Assembly (NCBI GenBank): GCA_963776275.1
Contig: CAVZMI010000015.1
Span: forward strand, 32,001 to 96,000
Origin: Ignavibacteriota bacterium
GTDB lineage: Bacteria; Bacteroidota; Ignavibacteria; UBA10030; CAVZMI01
Length of the DNA stretch: 64,000 bases
Direction: 5' to 3'
Below are positions 49,990 through 62,007 of the stretch, in pieces. A program made the position numbers and the translations under genes. Positions within the stretch are counted from its first letter, which is position 1, and each line of letters opens with the position of its first letter. The notes under the pieces are model-generated. The model had not been told where the DNA came from and searched no databases. It saw only the letters and a list, made by a program, of their open reading frames with translations.

Positions 49990-50962
49990 TGCCTACGTGG
50001 GGTCAAATTCTCACCGAGTTACAGGCCGAACAAGAGCTCACAAAGCAGCTACCATTTGATTCGGTTCGGAGAAAATATCTGGCCGTGCTTTATCAACGCA
50101 CAGGTCGTCCTATATCCTCTATGCAACGAAGTGGACACAAGCGGGTCTTATGGGTATGGATCCCGCAATAGTGAGTATCAACGACGAAGATATTCAAGGA
50201 TTAATGGAGGTTATTTATGGATTAAAGGGACGAGCTCTCGACATCATCCTGCATAGTCCAGGTGGTTCTGCCGAAGCAGCTGAAGCAATTGTCACTTACC
50301 TTCGTTCCAAGTTTGACGACATACGAGTGATCGTTCCACAAGCTGCAATGTCAGCAGCGACGATGGTTGCTTGCGCGTCCAACCGTATTGTGATGGGAAA
50401 GCACTCCTTTATTGGCCCAATCGATCCTCAGTTCATATTACAGACACCGATCGGTATCCAAGCAGTACCAGCCTATGCAATCTTAGACCAATTCAAGCTT
50501 GCACAAGAAGAATGTAAGGATCCACAGCTCCTAGGTTCTTGGCTCCCCATTTTAAACCAGTACGGTTCAGGATTGCTTGTTCAATGTAAAAATGCCATAG
50601 ATCTCGCGGAAGAACTAGTGGAGAAATGGCTTCACGCTTATATGTTCGAAGGAAAAACTCCAAATCCTTCCTCGTCAATCGCGAAAAAGCTTTCATCGCA
50701 TAGAGAGCTCAAGAGCCATGGTAGACATATTTCCATTTCCATAGCCAGAGAACTCGGCCTAACAGTCGATGCCTTGGAGGACAATCATGCCTTTCAAGAA
50801 GACGTCCTATCCGTTTACCATGCTACAATGCACACTTTCAATGGTACCCCTGCAGTCAAGATAATTGAGAATCACATCGGTCGAGCATTTGTAAAATTAC
50901 AGCAGATCTCAATACAACCACCCGTTCTTAAACCGAATCCGCCAGCTCCCCCGGATCAATAA
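49989..50962 (+). CDS. SDH-family ClpP-fold serine protease, frameshift near 50111-50115
   Basis: MPTWGQIL...RRKYL...TGR joins ILYATKW; ILHSPGG, AMSAATM (Ser), GPIDPQ, KSHGRHI (His), KIIENH. Confidence 0.85.
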
Positions 50963-51277
50963 ACACAACAGTACATTGTATCCAATGTATAAACAGTGTA
51001 AAGATTCCACTGACAGGTTTCCGTCGAGAATTACCGGCTCCGATTGACCCCATCCTCTGGGGATCAGAAATATATAGTGAGTAAGCCCCGGAGGTACTCA
51101 AATGTAATATACCTCTTGCCTTCCCGATCAATCCTTCGTATGTTTTCCCCGAAGCAGAATAAGTAAAAAATCAGGTTCTTGGATGTTTTTATGGCATATT
51201 TGTTGCATGAAACATCCGATTTAAATAAAATTCTCAAATTTTGGCCTAATTATAAAGAATTATGATTCAGGAGTAAT

Positions 51278-53304
51278 ATGATCAGAAAAATCATCCTGGG
51301 TTTTCTCATTATTATAGTAGGCGAATATTCACAAGCCCAAGCAGGTGATCGTACGGGGGATACTCTCGTCGTCTCAATAATGGAACATTCAGGAATAAAG
51401 TCCACATTGCAGGAGTACCATAGCTCTCTCCAGGAAGACTTGGAAAAAACAATACTCATTATCCCGGTATTCCGGAGTATCCGGAAGGCATTCCTTGATT
51501 CCTATCATGCCGATTCTTTGTATCGGGATATGCAAAAATTCATCAAAGGTCATCAAAATGCGCATCAATTAAATCTGATCTATGAATGGTATCAGTCCTC
51601 GCCGGGAAAAAAATTGTCGGGTGGCAGGTTCGAAGCGTGTCATCGGAAGCGTTTGAGCAAAAAAATAAAATTGCCGCTTCATTCTATCTTCAACAAACTA
51701 CAGACGAGCGACTCTCCCTCTTCCGAAAACTTGATGTAGCGACGTTGAGTTCCGAGAATAGAAGGATAGTATATGAGTCGTTTTTTAAGACACTTCTTGT
51801 ACGGATCGATTCTCTACTGACGTTGAAGGAAAAAGAAAAGAAACAGGAATTTGTCAGGTATTTGTACCTGGAACAGCAGAAATTTCAATCGGCAAACAAG
51901 AAATTCATAAGTGCAGATTATATATATACATATCGAACGCTCAGTGATCAGGAAATTCAACAGTTTTTGACATTCTGTATTTCACCTGCAGGACAATGGT
52001 ACTACCGGCTTCTCAGCGAAGCGTTAGGCGCGGCGATCAATGCTGCACTCGACCGGGTATCATTAAATATTAAAAAAGCAGGTCCGGCTATTCAATACGA
52101 TTTGCAGGGTATTCTTAATGAGAAGGTTGGATACCAGGTGGATGATGGAACGGATAGACAGGGCTGGACGGAGCTTCATTTCGCTGCGGCAGACGGAGAT
52201 ACCGATAAAGTCAATGCCCTTCTAAGGTTTGGTGGAGTCGATGTCGATGTACGGAATACAAAAGGACGTACGCCGCTATATGAAGCTGCAAAACTTGGCA
52301 AATACGGTTCTGTTGAGGTGCTTGTGCGAAAAGGAGCAAACGTTAATATTCAGGAAGGGGTATACGGATTTACACCGCTTCACGTTGCTGCAGAAAAAAA
52401 ACGTCTTGGCATCGTCGAATTTCTTCTGACGCATGGCGCCGATGTGAATGCACGAAGTGATTATGGCTGGACATCGCTGTCTCAGGCTGCCTGGCAAGTA
52501 TGGCACAATGATGCGGCCGTGGCAGAATTATTATTGAACCATGGAGCAGATATGGAGATAAAAAATATATCTGGATTCACACCATTAATGACAGCGGTAA
52601 ATGACGGACACACACCTTTTGTAATACTTCTTCTGGAACGCGGGGCAAACGTTAATGCCAGAACAAATGATGGATATACCGCTCTCCATGCTGCTGCTTA
52701 TAAAGGAGTTTACGATATTATAAAAATGCTGCTCGACCATGGAGCAAATGTAAATGCGATGTATGATGGAATGACGCCTCTGTATTATGCCAATAAATAT
52801 GGATATAAAAAAATAGCCGATCTCCTTCGGCAATACGGTGGAAGCGATCCGGAAACTAAATCCAGAGCCCTCACGCATGTTGGTGTTGAGCTATCCAATA
52901 GAGGGGATTATGAGAGTGCATTGATGGAATTTGACCGTGCAATTAAAACCGGTGTTCCGTCCGCCCAGGACTATTATAACCGTGGCTACTGCTATTATAA
53001 ACTGGGGAGAATCAATGAGGCAGCCGAGGATATGAAGAGTGCTATTTATCAGGATCATGATTTTGCCGATGCTTATGATATCATGTGTAAGATCAATATT
53101 CAGAAGCATAATTATGACGATGCGATTGAATGTGCCCGCAAACTTATTCAATTGAATCCCACAAAGGGTGTCGGTTATTATTTACGCGCATATGCAAGAA
53201 ATAGGAAAGGAGATACAGCCGGAGCTATCGAAGACCTTCAACGTGCGTGCGATCTGGGATATACCAATGGCTGTGAAATGTTAAAAAATCTGACAGGCCG
53301 TTAA
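51278..53304 (+). CDS. Secreted DUF2059-like + ankyrin repeat + TPR protein, frameshift at A7 51607-51613
   Basis: Signal peptide; LSDQEIQQFLTFCISPAGQ; about 7 ankyrin repeats (G.TPLH.AA); TPRs (YYNRG, YYLRA). Confidence 0.82.
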
Positions 53305-53403
53305 TTTCAGCAAGTGAGAGTGCAGTGGGAACTTATATGCGCTTTTTTGCCTTATTATAGGGGAAAGTGGTATTATTATGAAGACTTTTTGGAAAATACA
53401 TTT

Positions 53404-53604
53404 ATGGTAAAACAAGAAATTATAATAAATGGAATGTCATGCGGTCATTGTATCATGGCTGTAAAAGGTGAATTGCGGAAAATGAACGGTGTAACCCTGT
53501 TCGATGTTCAGATCGGTAAAGCGGTAGTCGGTTATGATGAAACAACAATATCGAGAAATCAAATAGACGATGCGATCCGAGCAGCAGGATATCAACCGGT
53601 TTGA
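53404..53604 (+). CDS. copZ: Copper chaperone (HMA domain)
   Basis: INGMSCGHC...AIRAAGY. Confidence 0.9.
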   Translation: MVKQEIIINGMSCGHCIMAVKGELRKMNGVTLFDVQIGKAVVGYDETTISRNQIDDAIRAAGYQPV

Positions 53605-53609
53605 TTTCT

Positions 53610-56064
53610 ATGCCTACATTGTCATCCATATCCCGGGTGGATATTCCGATACAGGGAATGACCTGCGCAAGCTGTGTTCAGCGTATCCAAACCGGTCTAT
53701 TAAAAATTGAAGGCGTTTCTCAGGCAAGCGTCAATCTCGCTACCGAAAGAGCCTCTATTATATTTGATCCGGCCAGAGTTTCGGCTGATGATTTCGTTGC
53801 TGCAATCCGCGATCTAGGCTATGAGGTTATCGTACAAAAAACCCTACTTCCTATCCGGGGTATGACCTGCGCAAGCTGTGTCACGAAAGTCGAAAAATCT
53901 CTCCGTTCGGTTCAGGGTGTCCTTGATGCGACAGTCAACCTTGCGACGGAGACAACCACTGTCATATTCATTCCCTCACAGACTTCACTGGCACAACTCC
54001 AGCAGGCAGTTGATGATGCCGGTTATACACTTGTGGTCGATGACGCCGCTAAAGAGCCTGAAGATTGCGAACGATCTCTTCGTAAAGTTGCATATAAAAA
54101 ACTGCGCCGCGAATTTGTTATTGCACTTCTGCTGTCGATTCCCATAGTGTGTATCAGTATGTTCGGTATGAACGAGTGGGTGCCGGGTGTTTCAGCGTTT
54201 GTCATATCTCTGGTCCCTCATAATATTATGAATCCTGTACTGTTTCTTCTCACGGCGCCGGTATTACTCTGGAGCGGACGGCGGTTTTTTATTGGTTTTT
54301 ATAAAACTCTGAAGCACTTTACTGCCGATATGAATACTCTTGTTGCAGTTGGGACATCGACAGCGTTTATTTACAGTACAATAGCAACATTCTGGCCTCG
54401 GCTGCTGGGCATGGCAGGACAAAATGCCGATGTATATTTCGACACTACAGCCGTTATTATCACGCTCGTTCTGCTCGGTAGACTTCTCGAAGCACGTGCA
54501 AAAAGCAGGAACGTCAGAGGCAATAAGAACGTTAATGGGACTTCGTGCCAAGACAGCACGGGTTCTCCGGGGCGGAAGTATTTTTGATATCCCGGTCGAG
54601 AATGTTAATATCGAGGACATTGTCATAGTCCGCCCGGGAGAAAAAATTCCCGTTGATGGAGAGATTATCGAAGGTTATTCCTCAGTTGATGAATCGATGA
54701 TTACCGGCGAGAGTCTACCTGTTGAAAAAACAGTCGGCTCGACTGTCATTGGTGCCACGATCAATAAAACGGGGAGCTTTAAATTCAAAGCGATGAAAAT
54801 CGGCAAGGATACAATGCTCGCCCATATTGTGAAGCTGGTTGAGGAAGCCCAGGGATCGAAAGCTCCTATCCAGAGACTTGCCGACAAAATTGCCGCGGTA
54901 TTTGTTCCCACAGTGATAGGAATTGCAGTCCTCGCATTCATCGGCTGGTTCTTTTTCGGTCCGCCGCCATCGATCACAACGGCACTGATCAATTTTGTTG
55001 CGGTATTGATTATTGCATGTCCATGTGCTCTCGGACTTGCCACACCGACGGCAATCATAGTCGGGACCGGGAATGGTGCCGAGCATGGTGTATTGATCAA
55101 AGGTGGTGAGAGCCTTGAAATTGCATACAAGGTAACGACTGTCGTATTGGATAAAACAGGTACAATCACAAAAGGTACGCCCGAGGTAACCGATTGTATT
55201 GCATTTGATAATTTTACATCGAATGATCTTCTCCGGCTGGCAGCGTCGGTAGAACAGCGTTCTGAACATCCGCTTGGTGAATCGATTGTCAACCATGCAC
55301 ATAATAATAAAATTGCGCTTCTGGAACCGGAATCGTTCTTCTCCATTACAGGCCAGGGCGTTACAGCCGTCGTTGCCGGTAAAAGCGTTGCTGTTGGAAA
55401 TCCGACATTCATGAATAATTGGTCTATAAAAATCGATCATCACAATATTCTCGAACGCCTTTCAAGCGAAGGAAAAACTGTGCTCTGTGTTGCTGTGGAC
55501 GGACATCTTGCCGGGATTATTGCTGTTGCCGATAAAATCAAACCTACATCGCTGGATGCAATAATGAGATTAAAAGAGCTCGGGCTTACAGTCATTATGC
55601 TCACCGGCGACAATAAACGTACTGCAAATGCTATAGCGGATCAGGTTGGCGTCGATGGTGTTCTTGCCGAAGTCTTGCCGGATGCCAAGGCAGAACAAAT
55701 TAAAACACTTCAGTCTCATGGAAAAATTGTTGCGATGGTTGGCGATGGAATCAACGATGCACCGGCACTCGCCCAGGCCGATATCGGTATCGCTGTCGGA
55801 ACAGGAACAGATGTTGCAATGGAGGCTTCAGATGTAACAATTTTGAAAGGCGATCTTCAGGGAGTCGTAGCAGCGATAAGACTATCTAAGCAGACAATGT
55901 CCATAATCAAGCAGAATCTGTTCTGGGCATTTATCTATAACGTTATCGGCCTGCCGCTTGCAGCGCTCGGCATGCTCAATCCTATGGTTGCGGCAGCCGC
56001 AATGGCATTCAGCTCCGTGAGTGTTGTATCTAACTCGCTGCGATTACGATACTTCAAAGCCTGA
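53610..56064 (+). CDS. copA: Cu(I)-exporting P1B-1 ATPase, frameshift near 54500-54511
   Basis: Two GMTCASC, TGES, CPC, DKTGT, SEHP, GDGIND, YN, MAFSS. Confidence 0.93.
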
Positions 56065-56195
56065 ACTCTGTCGCCTCTGTTGATTCGTTACGTCCTCTAC
56101 GGTTATTCTCCATGCCGCTGAATTTGCTTATTGAAGGGCCCATGGGTATATTCAATCGAATATTTTCTCGAGTGACAATTATTCTGGAGAGAACA

Positions 56196-56834
56196 ATGAA
56201 CCGACGCTCATGTTTTTTTATTTTTTTCCTTATCCCATTTTTAGCATTTGGTCAGGAAGAAAGCACTATCCCTCTGCCTAAACCCCAGACAGACGGCGGG
56301 AAACCGCTTATGAGAGTCTTAAAAGAGAGAAAATCGATACGTGAATTCTCGACTGAAAAACTTCCACTCCAAATTCTCTCAAATCTACTCTGGGCAGGTT
56401 TTGGAATCAATCGGCCTGATGATCAGAAACGCACAGCTCCATCGGCCCGGAACTGGCAGGAGATCAATATCTATGTCACAACAGCAGACGGTTTTTTTCT
56501 TTTTGATGCAAAAGCACACGCTCTGAAGAAATTATCTAAAAAAGATATTCGGGGATCCACCGGAAGTCAGCCTTTTGTGGCTACCGCTCCGGTAAATCTT
56601 GTCTATGTGGCAGATCTTTCGAAACTCGAAGGAGCATCGGACGCAGATAAAAATTTCTATTCTGCAATTGATGCCGGATTTATTGCAGAAAATGTATATC
56701 TATTTTGTGCTTCTGAGGGACTCGGAGTTGTGGTTAGAGGAATGGTACCCAGAGATGAACTGGCGAAGGAAATGAAGTTACGTCCGGACCAAAAAATCAT
56801 CGTCGCTCAAACAGTTGGGTATCCCAAAAAATAA
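56196..56834 (+). CDS. Nitroreductase (SagB/ThcOx-like) with signal peptide
   Basis: IPLPKP, RKSIREF, LLWAGFGIN, RTAPSA, DAGFIAENVYL, QTVGYP. Confidence 0.88.
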   Translation: MNRRSCFFIFFLIPFLAFGQEESTIPLPKPQTDGGKPLMRVLKERKSIREFSTEKLPLQILSNLLWAGFGINRPDDQKRTAPSARNWQEINIYVTTADGFFLFDAKAHALKKLSKKDIRGSTGSQPFVATAPVNLVYVADLSKLEGASDADKNFYSAIDAGFIAENVYLFCASEGLGVVVRGMVPRDELAKEMKLRPDQKIIVAQTVGYPKK

Positions 56835-56841
56835 TACAATA

Positions 56842-56870
56842 GTGCGGCGCACAATACCTGTACGCCGCAC
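56842..56870. terminator. GC-rich hairpin after nitroreductase
   Basis: GTGCGGCG...CGCCGCAC; no clear T-tract. Confidence 0.45.
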
Positions 56871-57141
56871 ACAGGCCTTTTGGGGCTGAAATGAAGAAGA
56901 GCCGCTTACTTCTAACGGTGATAGCCTCCCGAGTTTTCACCGCAGAGAAAGATCGTACCCTTTCGTTATATTGTCAGGGGAATGGAACAACCGGTTACAA
57001 ATTTCTTGCACTCGGCAAAAAAATATTCTAATTATAAGATGTCCCTGGGAATAAAAGCGTAAAGTCTTTTTAGAAAATGAATTTTAAGATGATTGTTTAA
57101 ACTCTGATAGACGCCTTCGACATACGGAATTGGATGTGAAT

Positions 57142-58050
57142 TTATGGTTTGATATGCTGATTAAGAAAATCGAATATCGTAGCCTCATACTCCTTTCCAG
57201 CCACCTCCCAGACATCTACATGACGCGCTTCATCGATTAAATAGATTTTTTTTGGCTCATGGGCACGGGAATAGAGGAGTTTCGAGTATTCGTATTTCAC
57301 GTATGGGTCCATTTTACCGTGGATAAACAAGACGGGAACGGAGATTTTTTCAACGGCAATAAGTGGTGAGACTTCGCGATGCTTGAAATGTGCAATTCTC
57401 TCAGCACGATGCATCACGAGGTTTCGGACAAAATGCCAGGGCAGTTTTACGATTCGCGTTTGATAGTCGACTGAAATTGTGCGGAGGTCTGTAAAGCAAC
57501 CTTCTGCAATTACCATATGAATACGCTGCTCAATGGCAGCTGTTTGTATTGCAATGGCAGCACCCATAGATGTGCCAAATAGAATAAGCGGACCGGTTCC
57601 ACCTTCCTGTTGTTCAAGAAGGTTGATAAGTTGACAAATATCATGTTTTTCATGATAGCCATATGTGCAAAATTCTCCGCCGCTGAGACCGTGTGCCCGT
57701 AAATCGAGCAATACTGTATCATATCCGTTCCGGCAAAAAACCTTTGCGAGAGGTAACCCCGATTCTTTACAATCACCGACACCATGAAGATAGATGATTG
57801 TTCCCCTGCGTTCTGTCAGTGCTTTTAGAAGCCAGCCGGCAAGTGTAATGCCATCTTGTGTTGTAATGCTTAATTTTGCAAAAGGAATGGGGATTTGATC
57901 TGGTGAAACAAGACCTGTTCTTGGCTGATAAAATTGTGCGGTGCGCCGGCGGGGCCGGAGAAGTATAATGGGCCCGATCATCGACAGGATAATCACTGTT
58001 GCGATGAGAAAAAGAAGAACAATGACAAATAGAATAATAAGTATATCCAT
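57142..58050 (-). CDS. Membrane-anchored alpha/beta hydrolase
   Basis: N-terminal TM; LHG, DLRAHG, GTSMG nucleophile, HGKMD, ARH. Confidence 0.9.
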   Translation of the reverse strand: MDILIILFVIVLLFLIATVIILSMIGPIILLRPRRRTAQFYQPRTGLVSPDQIPIPFAKLSITTQDGITLAGWLLKALTERRGTIIYLHGVGDCKESGLPLAKVFCRNGYDTVLLDLRAHGLSGGEFCTYGYHEKHDICQLINLLEQQEGGTGPLILFGTSMGAAIAIQTAAIEQRIHMVIAEGCFTDLRTISVDYQTRIVKLPWHFVRNLVMHRAERIAHFKHREVSPLIAVEKISVPVLFIHGKMDPYVKYEYSKLLYSRAHEPKKIYLIDEARHVDVWEVAGKEYEATIFDFLNQHIKP

Positions 58051-58152
58051 ACTGTAACATAAAGAATTTACCTCATCGGGGCAAGTTTTTTTCTTTCGTT
58101 GACTTTCCTGCGAAATCTCTTAGATTATACCAACAAACGGAAATCAATTCCC

Positions 58153-58977
58153 ATGACCTTCATAGCAAAACTCAAGAATATCTTTGCAGCTAATAATTCT
58201 CTTCTCTGTGTCGGACTCGATACAGATGCGGCAAAACTTCCACAATCTGTCCTTCGGGCGGCCAACCCCGTCCTAGAATTTAATCGCCGTATCATAGAGG
58301 CCACAAAAGACCTCGTCTGTGCATATAAAATCAATCTTGCGTTTTATGAGTCGCTCGGTGAGCTGGGATGGAAAACCATACATGAAACACTCGGCGTGAT
58401 TCCCGGTGAAATCATTACTATAGGAGATGCAAAACGGGGCGACATCGGTAATTCAGCCGAGCGATATGCGCATGTAATGATGGACGACTTCAAGTTTGAT
58501 GCGACTACTGTCAATGCCTATATGGGAAAAGATTGTGTGGATCCATTTATAGCCTGTGACGATCATGGAGCATTTATCCTTGCTCTCACATCGAATTCCG
58601 GTTCAAAAGACTTTCAGTATCTCAAAGCAGGAACAAAGCCCATATATATGCATATTGCCGCAAAGGCAAAGAAATGGAATGTGAAAGGGAACATCGGACT
58701 CGTTGTCGGGGCCACTCATCCCACCGATCTCAGGCGCATTCGTCGTACGGTTCCCGAGATGCCGCTGCTGATTCCCGGTGTCGGGATACAAGGAGGCGAT
58801 CTGCGTACGGTCATCAGGTACGGCTGCGATAAACAAGGAAGCATGGCCATCATCAATGCAAGCCGTTCGATTATTTATGCATCCATAAGAGATGATTTCC
58901 CGGAAGCAGCGCGTAACGAGGCACTCAATATGCGAGATAAAATCAATAGCTATCGCGAAGAGTTCTTCTTAAAATAA
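58153..58977 (+). CDS. pyrF: Orotidine-5'-phosphate decarboxylase
   Basis: LCVGLD, YKINLAFYE, DAKRGDIGN, TSN, VVGAT, PGVG.QGG, NASRSI. Confidence 0.95.
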   Translation: MTFIAKLKNIFAANNSLLCVGLDTDAAKLPQSVLRAANPVLEFNRRIIEATKDLVCAYKINLAFYESLGELGWKTIHETLGVIPGEIITIGDAKRGDIGNSAERYAHVMMDDFKFDATTVNAYMGKDCVDPFIACDDHGAFILALTSNSGSKDFQYLKAGTKPIYMHIAAKAKKWNVKGNIGLVVGATHPTDLRRIRRTVPEMPLLIPGVGIQGGDLRTVIRYGCDKQGSMAIINASRSIIYASIRDDFPEAARNEALNMRDKINSYREEFFLK

Positions 58978-59206
58978 AAAACCCCATCCTCTAAGGTGTA
59001 AAAGATTTTTTTACGCTTCTGCTGGAACATTATATCACCGCTCTTTGCCCACGTGCCCCTCACATATGAATTAAATCCAAATTTGGTATTGGAAACACAT
59101 TGGCTAGGAGAAGGTTTTTTGAAAGCTAATTTCCGGGGATCGACCGAGAATTGTCCGAATAAGCTGGTGAGTAGGACGCTTCCGTTACGGAACGTGCAAG
59201 AAGTAC

Positions 59207-59629
59207 TTAATTGATATTATGATCGTTGAAAAAAGATATGTAAAGCTTATCTGTTTCGAGGATATGATTTTTAAACCACCTTCTAAAAAATGCAACCCTC
59301 TCTGATGCAAAAGAAATATTTCCCTCCAGATGATCCCGGCGATAAAGTAATATTTTACGCATAAATGTATCATGCATGATCTTATGGGCAGAGAAAGCCG
59401 GGTAGTCGATACTACTCATAAGGTTTTCTTCGCATGTGAAATGGTTTTTTATCTGAGTGATGAAATCTTCAAGAATTGGGCTGATAACAATTTGCTCTTT
59501 TTTATTATCGATGGCATCGAAGAGCTTATCAATTACTACAAGAATATGGTAATGTTGCTCGTCGAAAGATCTGATCCCGACATGATAGCGCGTGTCCAAA
59601 TTGAGATACTGTGTACCTGCGTCTCTCAT
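59207..59629 (-). CDS. Bacteriohemerythrin
   Basis: DEQH, HF..EE, H...H, W...HI...D iron-ligand pattern. Confidence 0.9.
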   Translation of the reverse strand: MRDAGTQYLNLDTRYHVGIRSFDEQHYHILVVIDKLFDAIDNKKEQIVISPILEDFITQIKNHFTCEENLMSSIDYPAFSAHKIMHDTFMRKILLYRRDHLEGNISFASERVAFFRRWFKNHILETDKLYISFFNDHNIN

Positions 59630-60057
59630 AAACGTTTCCGATGTTATATGGGTGTCAATGAATTATTCATTTGTGGCATTTAATTTTTATTCGATCTTCT
59701 CTTGCTTCATAATAGAGAATGGGTAAATACTCATCTTATAGAATTATCGGAAAATATTGTGTGTAACTTGAATCACAAGGAAGGCAATTTGTAAGAAGTG
59801 CCGTAAAAATACCCATTTTAACGGTATTTTAGAAATAGTTTCTATGAAGAATGTAGTGAAAAATCGAGAATCTCATATTTCAGAAAAGATTTCATTGTAA
59901 TATAAAAACCGCTAAAATATCCGTTTCAGCGTTATTGTCAATGTTCCGGGAATATAAAAGGTTTGAAGTTCCAGAAGAAAATGAATCCTTTGTCAATATT
60001 TTGCATCCAAATATTAAATCAAAATAAGCACAGCATAATTATACAAGGAGAAAAAAC

Positions 60058-60264
60058 ATGAAAAATATGGGTACAACAGACCGGATTATCCGTATATACG
60101 CGGCACTCTTTATCGGTGCGCTTTATATTACAGGCGTTTTTTCGGGAACAACTGCATTGATTCTTGGGATAATCGCTATAGTGTTCGTCATGACAGGTCT
60201 TGTTTCATTTTGCCCGCTTTATGTTCCGTGTAAAATCAATACGATAAAGAAAGGAAAGAGCTAA
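60058..60264 (+). CDS. DUF2892 (YgaP-like) membrane protein
   Basis: NMGTTDRIIR...TGLVSFCPLY; AAGGAG RBS. Confidence 0.92.
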   Translation: MKNMGTTDRIIRIYAALFIGALYITGVFSGTTALILGIIAIVFVMTGLVSFCPLYVPCKINTIKKGKS

Positions 60265-60274
60265 TTTTTTTCTA

Positions 60275-60303
60275 TTGCAATTTCCATTTTCTTGAAGTAT
60301 ACT
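60275..60303 (+). promoter_or_regulatory. Promoter of the HAD gene
   Basis: TTGCAA-17-TATACT. Confidence 0.6.
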
Positions 60304-60365
60304 TGTGTGGCATGTGATGTACAAAAATTTCGGTTTTATAAACGTTTAGTGCAATCGGGGATTAC

Positions 60366-60995
60366 TTGTCATATACACACAATCCAAATAAACGGGGAAG
60401 AATTCGTACCGTCCTTTTCGATCTGGGGAATGTTCTGGTACGAATCCAACCCGAAATGATGGCAAAATCGCTTGGTGGAGAAGGGTTAGGAGAAATCACA
60501 CGGTACGAAAAAAGTGTCCGTGATTATATCAACAGGTATGAGCGTGGGGAACTTCTTACCGATCAGGTTTTAGGACTTCTGTACGATCTATTCCGTAAAA
60601 AATATTCACACGAGACGATCCGGGCAGCCTTTCTCTCGATCATCGGACGGCCGATTGAAGGAATGGATGAGCTGATTCGACGCGTGGCACAATCGGCGCA
60701 CGTGGCGCTTGCAAGTAATACGAACGATCTGCACTATGAGTATTGCCGTAGAGCTGTTCCCGCTCTCCGGTTTCTTCCACATCATTACCTCTCTTTTCAG
60801 ATCGGTGCTGTAAAGCCCGAGCCCGAATTCTATCAATATATTATCAATGACCTTGAAAGCGACCCGGCGCAGATGCTATTTGTCGATGATACCGACGTAA
60901 ATCTTGCCGGTGCAGGGAAAATAGGATTTCGTCTGTACAGATTTTCTACCGTTGAAGGACTTCGAGCGGAATTGAAAACTATTGGATTGGTATAA
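60366..60995 (+). CDS. HAD-family phosphatase (YihX-like)
   Basis: FDLGNVL, SNTN..H, KPEP, FVDD...N. Confidence 0.9.
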   Translation: MSYTHNPNKRGRIRTVLFDLGNVLVRIQPEMMAKSLGGEGLGEITRYEKSVRDYINRYERGELLTDQVLGLLYDLFRKKYSHETIRAAFLSIIGRPIEGMDELIRRVAQSAHVALASNTNDLHYEYCRRAVPALRFLPHHYLSFQIGAVKPEPEFYQYIINDLESDPAQMLFVDDTDVNLAGAGKIGFRLYRFSTVEGLRAELKTIGLV

Positions 60996-61001
60996 GTGTC
61001 T

Positions 61002-61891
61002 TTATTCCTGATTGCAGTGCAGTACCTGAACTCCCACCCAGAATTCCCCCGCAGCAAGCGTTATTGCGGGTTCGTAATGCGTAGCCTCGACACAGACCAT
61101 GGATAAATATTCATTGTCTCCCAGATCATTAATCAGCTGAGCCCCTTCATCCCATGGATTCCAAACAACAGCATCTTTAAATCCTACTTTTTTTATGGTG
61201 ATGCGGCGCTTATTCTTTAAATCGTGGAGCATTAGAACGCGGGGGGTGTTCAGATAAATACGATCGATCATTTCAAAAATACGAAGCTGGCGGTCAGCAT
61301 CAATATCCCGACGAGATTTATGAATAGTATCAATATATTCACAGCCATACAATCCTTCAACACAGCACTCACGCACATCTTCGACGGCAAAATATGTATG
61401 CAGCGCTGATGTAAAAGAGAATGGTGTTTCTGCTTCGTTCAGTACCCGGAGACTTGTCGTCAGCGATTCACCAAGTGAGATGGTGAATTCAACGACAAAT
61501 TGATGCGGCCATATGGCAAAAATTTCCGGAATACTCCCCAGGCGGAGTTTTATAAAAACCTCGTTCCGGTCAGAAATTCCACTTTCCACAACATCCCAAA
61601 AATGAATACGTGCAAATCCGTGTTTAACCAGTCGTCCGGACCGAATTGAGGGAAAATAAGGGGGATTCCGCCACGTATCGGGATATCTTTTTCTATAATC
61701 ACTTCCCTGCTCACGAAGAGTCGTTCGCCACTTTCGGGTGTCTTCCAGGATGTAATATGAGCCCCATAGAGAAACAGCTCCGTACTCGTACCGGAATCGT
61801 GTACGAGCATTGCCCGTGTAAAACCGGCAGGATCATCCCGAAATTGAAGATGATTGTCAATAGAGAACTTATTAGCAAGCATACTATGCAC
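61002..61891 (-). CDS. D-hexose-6-phosphate mutarotase, frameshift near 61636
   Basis: IRGGIPLIFPQFG; restored KHGFAR; ALHTYF, VVWNPW, MVCVE. Confidence 0.88.
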
Positions 61892-62007
61892 GGCAGCAAT
61901 CGTCCGTTATTCCGACTTACTATGAAAAGTGTTCGATGCTCTTAAGATATCATTATTTTATAAGAACTTTAATAAAAGCCTTTTTATTGCCTATCATACT
62001 GTGTACT

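Noticed and set aside
51013-51026. AGGTTTCCGTCG matching the terminator family arm
   Set aside because: Only 12 bp with no partner arm; may be chance
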